Positions 14,084 through 21,280 of a DNA stretch of 44,214 bases are shown one piece after another. The notes under the pieces were generated by a model, which ran no database searches, was not told the origin of the DNA, and saw only the letters and a program-made list of their open reading frames with translations. The stretch spans positions 1 to 44,214 of IMG/VR virus record IMGVR_UViG_3300045988_038936; one strand, given 5' to 3'. A program made the position numbers and the translations under genes. Each line of letters opens with the position of its first letter. Within the stretch, counting starts at the first letter, position 1. This stretch comes from a virus.

Positions 14084-16240
14084 ATGACCCCCCTTGATGA
14101 AGCCATCATCGAGAATGACCTTCTCCCCGAGGATCAGCGCCTCACCAACGTCGAGCTCGCCGAGAAGTTCAGCACCTCCGAAGCGTCCGTCCGGCGCCAC
14201 CGCGCCAAACTGAAGAGGCGAGGCGCCCCCGACCTCAACCATGACCACTTCTTCAACGACGTCCCCGTGGACGCGATCGTGCAGCGCGGGAAGACGATCC
14301 GCCTACCCGACGGTTCCTACGAGAAGATCACGTGGAAGCCGGGCGCCGTCGAGATGGCCGAGGCCAAGTCGTTGTCCTACGACGACCTGGAGCCTGTCTT
14401 CCGGGAGCCTCTCCTGCCGAAGCCGGCCCCGATCGTCACGGACGACGAGGACACTCTCGTGGTCTGCATGGCGGACTTCCAGGTCGGAAAAGCGTTAGAA
14501 GATTCAACTCCGGTCCTGACGACTGAGGGGTGGAAGCGGCACGGCGATCTCCGGCCCGGCATGTCCGTCTACGGGCGGGACGGTGAGCCGAAGCGCATCC
14601 TCGCGGTGACCGGCTCGACCGAGCAGGACCTATTCGATGTCGTGTTCCCGGAAGGCCGGACCCTCCGAGCCACGTCGGGCCACCTCTGGAGCGGCCGCCG
14701 CCGCATGCACCCTAAGGGTGACACCTCCAGGTGGGAGGACCGGGAGATGACTCTCACCACCGAGGAGATCGCCAAGATTGCCCGGATGAAATGCTCCCGC
14801 CTCCGCCCGTTCAAGGTGTGGGCACATCAGCCCGTCGAGCTCCCCGAAGCGGAGCTCCCCATCGACCCCTACATTCTCGGGTTCTGGCTCGGAGATGGGG
14901 ACAAGAATTCCGGAACCATCGCCAAGGGGGCCGTGGACCGCGATCACCTGCTCACTCTTGGACACGAGGTCAAGTCCCGCGAAAACCTCTGCGCCGTGAT
15001 CGTGGACGGTCTGACCAGAGACCTCCGGCTGGCTGGTCTTAAGGGCAACAAGCACATCCCAGAGGCGTATCTGCAGGCGTCCTCCGGGCAACGCCTGGCA
15101 CTGCTCCAAGGCCTCATGGACTCCGACGGGTATTGCAGCCCTAAGAGCGGCTACATCGAGTTCAGCAACACGAACAAGGCAATCATCGACGGTGTCTTGG
15201 CCCTCCTGCATCTGGAGGGGGTTACCCCCAAGGTGACGACCGCCATCGGCCACTACGGCGACATCCAGTGCAAGCAGTACTGGCGTATCCAGTTCCGGGC
15301 CGAGCGTCCCATGTTTCGCCTGGCCCGGAAGGCGGCCCATCAGCGTCCGTCTACGGAGCGTAAGGACCATCGACTGTCCGTGATCGATGTCGTCCCGGCG
15401 GGCCGGGGGATGGCTCAGTGCATTACCGTCGAGGGAGGGGAGTACCTGGCAGGCCGCGAACTAACCCTCACCCACAACTGCGGAAGTGGTGGCGGCACAG
15501 AGGATACGGTTCGGCTCGTGCGCCGCGCAATCGGGGACATCGCGGACGACATCCGCTTCCGTGACCCCTACAAGCGCATCATCCTCGCCGACGTGGGCGA
15601 CAGCACGGAGGGGTTCTGGAACGTCGCCAGCCAGGCTCAGACCAACGACCTGAGCCTGACCGACCAGATCAGGACCGTGCAGCGCCTCTACGCCGAAGCA
15701 CTACACGCCCTCGCCCCTCTATGCTCGTCCCTCTACTACGTGGCCGTCCCGTCCAACCACTGCGCCGTTCGCACCGGGCAGGGCAAGAACTCCCGCGCTA
15801 ATTCCCCCGACGATGATTTCGGGATCATGATCTCCAAGAACATCGAGGACATCATCGCCGGGCGCCCAGGCTATGAGCACGTCACCTTCCACCGCCCTGA
15901 GAAGTGGGAGGAGGCCGTCACCGTGGACGCTGCTGACGGCACCCGCATTGGCTTCACGCACGGCCACCTGGCGGGCCAACAGTCCAAGGTGCCGGGATGG
16001 TTCAGGGACCTCGCGTTCGGGCGCAGGAGTGGTCTCTACGATGCCAGAATCCTCGTCCACGGGCACTGGCACAACTTCGCCGTAAGTCAGGCGGGGGATG
16101 CTCGCTGGATCATCTCCTGCCCCTCCGCCGACCGCGGCTCCGACTGGTGGACGAACCTGTCCGGCGACTCCACCAGGCCCGCAATCCTCACCTTCGAGGC
16201 CCAGGGCGGCAACGCCTCATCCTGGGAACTCTACTCATAG
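14084..16240 (+). CDS. HTH + calcineurin-like metallophosphoesterase, interrupted by an intein
   Basis: N-terminal HTH (NVELAEKFSTSEASVRRHR); exteins carry DFQ, VGDSTEG, SNH, THGH, VHGHWH motifs. Confidence 0.8.
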   Translation: MTPLDEAIIENDLLPEDQRLTNVELAEKFSTSEASVRRHRAKLKRRGAPDLNHDHFFNDVPVDAIVQRGKTIRLPDGSYEKITWKPGAVEMAEAKSLSYDDLEPVFREPLLPKPAPIVTDDEDTLVVCMADFQVGKALEDSTPVLTTEGWKRHGDLRPGMSVYGRDGEPKRILAVTGSTEQDLFDVVFPEGRTLRATSGHLWSGRRRMHPKGDTSRWEDREMTLTTEEIAKIARMKCSRLRPFKVWAHQPVELPEAELPIDPYILGFWLGDGDKNSGTIAKGAVDRDHLLTLGHEVKSRENLCAVIVDGLTRDLRLAGLKGNKHIPEAYLQASSGQRLALLQGLMDSDGYCSPKSGYIEFSNTNKAIIDGVLALLHLEGVTPKVTTAIGHYGDIQCKQYWRIQFRAERPMFRLARKAAHQRPSTERKDHRLSVIDVVPAGRGMAQCITVEGGEYLAGRELTLTHNCGSGGGTEDTVRLVRRAIGDIADDIRFRDPYKRIILADVGDSTEGFWNVASQAQTNDLSLTDQIRTVQRLYAEALHALAPLCSSLYYVAVPSNHCAVRTGQGKNSRANSPDDDFGIMISKNIEDIIAGRPGYEHVTFHRPEKWEEAVTVDAADGTRIGFTHGHLAGQQSKVPGWFRDLAFGRRSGLYDARILVHGHWHNFAVSQAGDARWIISCPSADRGSDWWTNLSGDSTRPAILTFEAQGGNASSWELYS
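14492..15478 (+). mobile_element. Intein (329 aa) with LAGLIDADG homing endonuclease, class-3-type signature
   Basis: Ala1 (ALEDSTPVLT), block B TSGHLW, LGFWLGDGD and LQGLMDSDGY, block F AQCITVEG, block G LTHN then Cys+1. Confidence 0.85.
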
Positions 16241-16253
16241 ACAGGAGGTGAGT

Positions 16254-16328
16254 ATGCGCTGGTATTGGGATGCCACACTCGGCAAGGCCCTGAGTGGCTG
16301 GAACTGGAAGCTGCATCACCTCTGGTGA
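16254..16328 (+). CDS. Candidate 24-aa Trp-rich micropeptide (MRWYWDATLGKALSGWNWKLHHLW)
   Basis: Strong SD AGGAGG 7 nt upstream; last ORF before the terminator. Confidence 0.35.
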   Translation: MRWYWDATLGKALSGWNWKLHHLW

Positions 16329-16333
16329 GATAA

Positions 16334-16381
16334 CACAAGGCCCCCGCTTGTATCACGTCGATTACAAGCGGGGGCCTTGTG
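16334..16381. terminator. Bidirectional terminator, 19-bp perfect stem, between the convergent arms
   Basis: CACAAGGCCCCCGCTTGTA / TACAAGCGGGGGCCTTGTG with 10-nt loop. Confidence 0.8.
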
Positions 16382-16387
16382 CTGCCG

Positions 16388-17407
16388 TCAATCCGGGTTC
16401 TCGATGTAGTCCACGGATACCCCGTGCACCACGAAACCGTTCGCAGGCGCCTGGATTCTGGGAGCCCACAAGCCCGTCGCCTTTGGGTCAGTGGTCGGCT
16501 TGACGAGCAGTTGGGTGGAGATGTGATCGCCGGGCTTCAGGGTGAGCTCACCGATCTTCTGCCCCTCGTCCTGCTTGACTTCGCCATTGCCGAACTCATC
16601 CCAGGTGCGAACGTTGTAGACCGGAATCTTCTCTTCCGGCTCGTCGAAGTTGCCCTTCCACGTGTAGTGGATGTTGATCTGCCACGTGCCGACCGATGGG
16701 AGCATCTGTTCCAGGCTCGGCTGGAAGCCGATAGCTCCCGGCACATGCAGCCCATCGTTCTCGAAGGTCACGCCGGCGAAACGCGGCCAGGCCGACACCG
16801 GTGCGAACTGGCGGTGCTCCATCTCCATGATATTGGTGGGCCGCACCACGAGAGTGCCGCGTGCAGTCCCCGCCGGGACGGGGAACCCGGGGTCGATGAC
16901 CAGCACCTTACTCTTGGCCTCAGCCGCGACGGCGGCGGCCTTACGGGCCTCCTCCGCCGCATACTCGACCAGAGCCCGCGGGGCGTAGGCGGCATCGGCG
17001 TCAGTCTTCGAAATGCCCTTCTCGGTAGCCTTGGCGAGTGCGTCGTTCGCGGTGGCCTTAGCACTGGCGGCGTCGGCCTTGGCTGACCGGACGCTCTCAG
17101 CGATGCCCGCCACCTGAGCCTTAGAGGCGTAGGCGGCGTCAGCCCCCTCCTTCGTGAGGGCCTTACCCGCGGTCGCCTTAGCCTCAACCGCGTCCGCGGC
17201 AGCCTTCCCGGCGACCGTGCGCAGCTGCTCCACCTTCACATCGACAGCGCTAACGTCGGCCTTAGTGGCCTTACCCGCCACCTCCTCCTTCGTAGCGAAC
17301 TTGGAGGCATCCACGGCCGGGGCGCCATCGTTGACCTTCACCCCCGACGCGCCAATGTTGATCGTCACCTGCGACGGCAGGCACTGGCCCTGCTTCTCCT
17401 CTGACAT
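16388..17407 (-). CDS. Tail-fibre-like protein: Ala-rich coiled coil with (Y/F)A(T/S)K repeats plus a globular C-terminal domain
   Basis: SKFATKEEVAGKATKADV, AAYASKAQVAG repeats shared with the 17919-19994 product. Confidence 0.6.
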   Translation of the reverse strand: MSEEKQGQCLPSQVTINIGASGVKVNDGAPAVDASKFATKEEVAGKATKADVSAVDVKVEQLRTVAGKAAADAVEAKATAGKALTKEGADAAYASKAQVAGIAESVRSAKADAASAKATANDALAKATEKGISKTDADAAYAPRALVEYAAEEARKAAAVAAEAKSKVLVIDPGFPVPAGTARGTLVVRPTNIMEMEHRQFAPVSAWPRFAGVTFENDGLHVPGAIGFQPSLEQMLPSVGTWQINIHYTWKGNFDEPEEKIPVYNVRTWDEFGNGEVKQDEGQKIGELTLKPGDHISTQLLVKPTTDPKATGLWAPRIQAPANGFVVHGVSVDYIENPD

Positions 17408-17415
17408 GCGTCTCC

Positions 17416-17919
17416 TTACGCCTGAAACTCGATACTTGCGGGCACCTCACGGGCGCCATCCCACACGGCGATAGTTGCTGCTGACTCGCGGGCACCATCC
17501 CACACGAACACCGGCTGCGCCTTGACGGGCGTCTCATAGATCTTCAGGGACGAGATCACCGCATCACCAGAACCGGCCGGGACACTGATCGACGGCAGCC
17601 ACCGGGGGGCCGTGCTCGCGGGGAGCTCAACCTCCGCCACCACCTTCGTCTGCCCCTGTGGGAGCGCGACATTAGCGACATCGAACGGGCCGTTGATCTT
17701 GGCCTTGTTGTCGTTGAACCAGTTCACGCGCAGGTCAATGCTGGCGGCGGCGGCATCCTGGTAGTCGATCTCGAACGTGAACTTACGTGACCCTACAGGC
17801 ATTGCTGCGCTGTCGTAGGGTGTGGTGGATGCGCCCGCGGGTAGGGTTGCCCCGTCGCCCTGCCGGACGCCCTTACTGCGCCACCACGCCCCCAGAACCG
17901 GGAAGATGCTATCTGTCAC
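17416..17919 (-). CDS. Hypothetical beta-rich protein with tandem VWDGARE motif (fibre-module accessory)
   Basis: GTG start overlapping the upstream stop; FVWDGARESAATIAVWDGAREVPAS. Confidence 0.55.
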   Translation of the reverse strand: MTDSIFPVLGAWWRSKGVRQGDGATLPAGASTTPYDSAAMPVGSRKFTFEIDYQDAAAASIDLRVNWFNDNKAKINGPFDVANVALPQGQTKVVAEVELPASTAPRWLPSISVPAGSGDAVISSLKIYETPVKAQPVFVWDGARESAATIAVWDGAREVPASIEFQA

Positions 17920-19994
17920 TATGCGTCCTTCCTGACGATGATCGTACCCGCCGGAGTACCCGCCGGGATAGCCTCACGCTTACCAAGCGAAAGCACCTTA
18001 GGTCGCGTACGCAATTCCTCCACCTCAAGCTTCAGCGGCAGATAGCCCTTAAGCCACGGCACCACGAGCTCGAGGACGTGCTGCGACGGCGGGTTCGCGT
18101 AGGGGTTACCGACCGGCTCCCACTGGCCGCCCCGCTGCGGGTCCTCGCGCAACTGCCCGTCGGTGATGTACAGGTGTGCGATGCCCAGCTTGTCGGCCTT
18201 GTCGAACACGCTCCGGTAGTTCTCGGAGGTGACGCCGTGGACAACAGCCCACCATCGGGTCGACGGGTATGCCTTCATGTGGTCCGGGAGGATCGGGGTC
18301 CCGGGGTCCTCGACCAGGAACGCGGCTGCATCCTTCTCGAACATCATGCACACGTCGAAGTCGAGCTTGCACATGTCCTCGGAGATGTTCGACCCCGAGT
18401 TGATGACGATGAGGAACTCCTTGCCGTACTTGGTCCTGATCTTGTCGATCAGGCTCTTGTAGGCGGGGATGCGTCCAGCCTGGGCGCCCCATCCGTTGAT
18501 GGCCTCGTCGAGGAACACGCCCTGGCAGACGTCCCCGTACTGGGTCTTGGCCTTGTCGATCTGGGAGAGGATGTACGCCTCGGTGTACTTGTCCACGTCC
18601 GGCACGTTCGCGCGCCCCGGATCACCCGCCGGAAGGGTTGCGGCGAGGTACTGGGTCTTGACGTAGAACACGGCACGCTTCGCCCCGGCCGCGAGCGCCA
18701 GTTCGGCCTGCTTCTTGAAGTCGACGTTGAACTCATCCCAGTTGCCGCTGTTGCGGTTCAGGATGACGATACCGAGGGAGCCTGCGAACTTCAGGATGCT
18801 GGTCCACTTCGATGTCTTGCCGGGCTTGCCGTCCTCGTAGTAGTCGGGCCAGAAGTAGGTCACGGGCGAGTAGTAGCGCTCACCTGGCTTGAATGGGGTG
18901 ATGGTCTTGCTGAGCACGTCGACTCGACGGGTGACGGCGTTGACGTCCTCGAGGCTAGCCCGCTGGGCGAGTTCGCGCTCAAGGTTCTGCTGCTGGACGA
19001 AGGTGCCGTAGGCGTCATCCCGGGTCAGATAGGAGGACAGGTCCACGTGCCCACCAGCCTGAGCCTGGCTCAGCTCCGCCTTCGTCGCGTAGGTAGAAGC
19101 GGCCTCAGCCTTCGGGAGAGCCGCATCAGCGATGGCCCGGGCGTTGCGGATGCTGTCCCCCATGGCCGCAACCTGAACCTTCGTCGAGTAGGTGCCGGCG
19201 GCCGTGGCGGCGGTGAGATAGTCAGAGAGCGCCGCCTGAGTGGCGTACTTGCCGTCCGCCGTGGAGGCGGTCACATACTGGCTGAGGTCCGTCTTCTTGG
19301 CGTACTTGCCGTCAGCGTCCGTAGTGGTAACGAATCGGGAAGTGTCAGGGACCGCAGGGATGGAGCCCTTCACGGCCTCGAGGGCGCTCTTCGTGGCGTA
19401 CGTAGACGATGCCTCATCCTTCGAGAGGGCGGCAGTAGCTGTGGACTTCACTCCCTCGATCTTCGCACCCAGGGCATCGTCAGCCTGCCGCATCTCCGTC
19501 TTCGTGGCGAAACCAGACAAGTCGGGTGCAGCCTGCCCACCGCCGCCCAGCTGTGCCTGAGCTAGGGCCGCCTTGGTCGCATACGTGGAGGCGGCATCCT
19601 CCGCCTTGAGGTAGCCGCCGAGCGACTCCTTGGTGGCGTAGGCGTCAGCCACGGCCTTGCTGGTGGCGTACTGGGTGAGCTCCGCCTTCGTGGCGGCCGT
19701 GGTGGACATGGAGTCGATGCGCTCGCCGAGCTTCCGCTCCGACGCCAGCGCCTCCTCCTTCGTGGCATACGTGGAGGCGGCCTCCGCCTTAGGGAGGGCG
19801 CCGTCAGCGGTGGCCTTCACCGCCTCAATACGTGAAGACAGGGAGTCGTCCCCGCGAGTCACCTCCTCCTTCGTAGCCAACGCAGACACGTCAGGAGTGC
19901 GCCCCTCCGTCGCCTTGCGTAACTGCTCCAGCTCCACCTTAGTGGCGAAGGTCCGGTCAGCCTTCTCCGTGCTGTACCAAGTCAGGTTAGTCAT
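17919..19994 (-). CDS. Tail-fibre-like protein with C-terminal Spherulin-4/GH135-like glycoside-hydrolase domain (candidate polysaccharide depolymerase)
   Basis: About 14 xYATKxxL repeats; then YFWPDYY, IVILNRNSGNW, VFYVKTQY, GVFLDEA, LIVINSGSN, MMFEK, WWAVVHGV, HLYITD in the order seen in Spherulin-4 family proteins. Confidence 0.65.
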   Translation of the reverse strand: MTNLTWYSTEKADRTFATKVELEQLRKATEGRTPDVSALATKEEVTRGDDSLSSRIEAVKATADGALPKAEAASTYATKEEALASERKLGERIDSMSTTAATKAELTQYATSKAVADAYATKESLGGYLKAEDAASTYATKAALAQAQLGGGGQAAPDLSGFATKTEMRQADDALGAKIEGVKSTATAALSKDEASSTYATKSALEAVKGSIPAVPDTSRFVTTTDADGKYAKKTDLSQYVTASTADGKYATQAALSDYLTAATAAGTYSTKVQVAAMGDSIRNARAIADAALPKAEAASTYATKAELSQAQAGGHVDLSSYLTRDDAYGTFVQQQNLERELAQRASLEDVNAVTRRVDVLSKTITPFKPGERYYSPVTYFWPDYYEDGKPGKTSKWTSILKFAGSLGIVILNRNSGNWDEFNVDFKKQAELALAAGAKRAVFYVKTQYLAATLPAGDPGRANVPDVDKYTEAYILSQIDKAKTQYGDVCQGVFLDEAINGWGAQAGRIPAYKSLIDKIRTKYGKEFLIVINSGSNISEDMCKLDFDVCMMFEKDAAAFLVEDPGTPILPDHMKAYPSTRWWAVVHGVTSENYRSVFDKADKLGIAHLYITDGQLREDPQRGGQWEPVGNPYANPPSQHVLELVVPWLKGYLPLKLEVEELRTRPKVLSLGKREAIPAGTPAGTIIVRKDA

Positions 19995-20469
19995 TCGTCC
20001 TCCATGCGAGTACTCCGTCCCCAACCTCGATCACGTCGGGGGCGTTGATTGCTTCCAGGGTGCCGTCGCCAATGTCTCGGACGCGTCGCCCGTCACGGTC
20101 GGACGGGTCCTCCACGGCGCGGCCGGAGAAGATGTCTACGAGGTCAACCTCGGTTCCGGCGATGATGCGCGCGTTGACGCAACGGGTGAGGCCAGTGTCG
20201 CCTGGGATGTTGACACACACCCGGTAGTTCTGCTCCCCGTCAGACAGGGTTGACGGGGCTGCGATGTTCAGGAACGGCTCGCCATCATGGTTGACGAGGA
20301 TGCCGTCAGAGCGAAGTCGCCCCCCGGCATAGTGTGCAATGAGGGCGTTGGTGGAGTCCACCTCAACGCCCTTGTACTGGGGGAGTGGAGTGAACTTAAC
20401 GCTCCCCATGCGGCCGAGCCCCTCAGGGCCGACCACCTTACCTGTGATGCGCGCGTACCCTTGGGTCAT
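19987..20469 (-). CDS. Minor-tail-like protein (prealbumin/CarboxypepD_reg-like N-terminus)
   Basis: ARITGKVVGPEGLGRMGSVKFTPL. Confidence 0.45.
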   Translation of the reverse strand: MTQGYARITGKVVGPEGLGRMGSVKFTPLPQYKGVEVDSTNALIAHYAGGRLRSDGILVNHDGEPFLNIAAPSTLSDGEQNYRVCVNIPGDTGLTRCVNARIIAGTEVDLVDIFSGRAVEDPSDRDGRRVRDIGDGTLEAINAPDVIEVGDGVLAWRTND

Positions 20470-20948
20470 GAACTCTCCTGACGCCGATTCGTTACAACCT
20501 TCACTCTATCAATCCGATCATGAAGGTTGGATACCTCGTCGTACAGATGAGCTCTGTCAGTGCGCGCATCATTCCTGACGCCCTCAACCTGCCCCTCCAG
20601 GCCCTGGAGCCTGCGAGACTGGTCGCTCACGCTGTCCCTGAGTGCCCCCACCACCTCAGTGAGGGCATCCATCTTGGAGGTCAGGTCATCGAATCGCATA
20701 TCTAGGTCGTCTCGCAGGTTCGTGGCGTGGTTGTTGTGCACCCCCTCGGATGCGGATTCGGCAGCATCGGCGGCGCGAGCAACATGAACACTCATTCGCT
20801 CCAGGCGCTCGTCATTCTGCGCCTGCTGCCTCTTCAGTCTACTTGCGAGTCGAGCCACAAGCGCAGCCAGCAGCGCGACCGTAGCCGCAATGAGATCAGG
20901 CGACGTGAGTATCTGGCCTATCGGCAGGACGCTCTCTACTGGCTGCAC
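20466..20948 (-). CDS. Membrane-anchored coiled-coil protein next to the holin (possible lysis accessory)
   Basis: GTG 20948; TM segment LIAATVALLAALVARLA then a long heptad-like region. Confidence 0.5.
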   Translation of the reverse strand: MQPVESVLPIGQILTSPDLIAATVALLAALVARLASRLKRQQAQNDERLERMSVHVARAADAAESASEGVHNNHATNLRDDLDMRFDDLTSKMDALTEVVGALRDSVSDQSRRLQGLEGQVEGVRNDARTDRAHLYDEVSNLHDRIDRVKVVTNRRQESS

Positions 20949-20955
20949 TGGCCAC

Positions 20956-21204
20956 TCAGCTCGCGTGGCGGGGAGTGTACTCGACGGGGGCCGTGGCGAT
21001 AGCCTTGTCCGTCTCCTTCGCGTCAGCAACGGAGGTCAGGACACTGGCCAGGACGGCGGTCGCAGCGATACCGAGAGCGCCCTTCCAGTCAATGTCGAGA
21101 ATGCCGACACCCACAACGAACGTGGCTAGCAGGGACTGGGCGAAGGTCTTCACGGCGCGGTCGAAGACGCCAGACCAGAATGAGGCTCGAGCGTAAATGC
21201 TCAT
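20956..21204 (-). CDS. Holin (r1t-type, two TM)
   Basis: FWSGVFDRAVKTFAQSLLATFVVGVGIL ... GALGIAATAVLASVLTSV; directly downstream of the lysin. Confidence 0.7.
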   Translation of the reverse strand: MSIYARASFWSGVFDRAVKTFAQSLLATFVVGVGILDIDWKGALGIAATAVLASVLTSVADAKETDKAIATAPVEYTPRHAS

Positions 21205-21280
21205 GCACTCACCCCTTTCGGAAACAACTAGGAGGCAGGACTTCCGCCCCACCCCCTAGTTTACATTGCGTCAAACGAGG

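Noticed and set aside
16379-17086. A plus-strand 235-aa ORF beginning in the terminator.
   Set aside because: It lies antisense to the well-supported fibre gene at 16388-17407 and starts inside the terminator stem.
17787-19565. A 592-aa plus-strand ORF. Similar long ORFs occur opposite real genes (21800-23083, 26390-27751, 28744-29448, 30433-31377, 32131-33297, 38880-39761, 3593-4378 minus, 2344-2852 minus).
   Set aside because: These are antisense shadow ORFs typical of high-GC DNA. Their translations are Arg/Gly/Val/Pro-rich and low in complexity, they have no SD, and they fully overlap genes with clear motifs on the other strand.
17919-19994. A diversity-generating retroelement acting on the repeat-rich fibre gene.
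   Set aside because: There is no reverse transcriptase ORF anywhere in the window, and no template/variable repeat pair with adenine-specific differences was seen.
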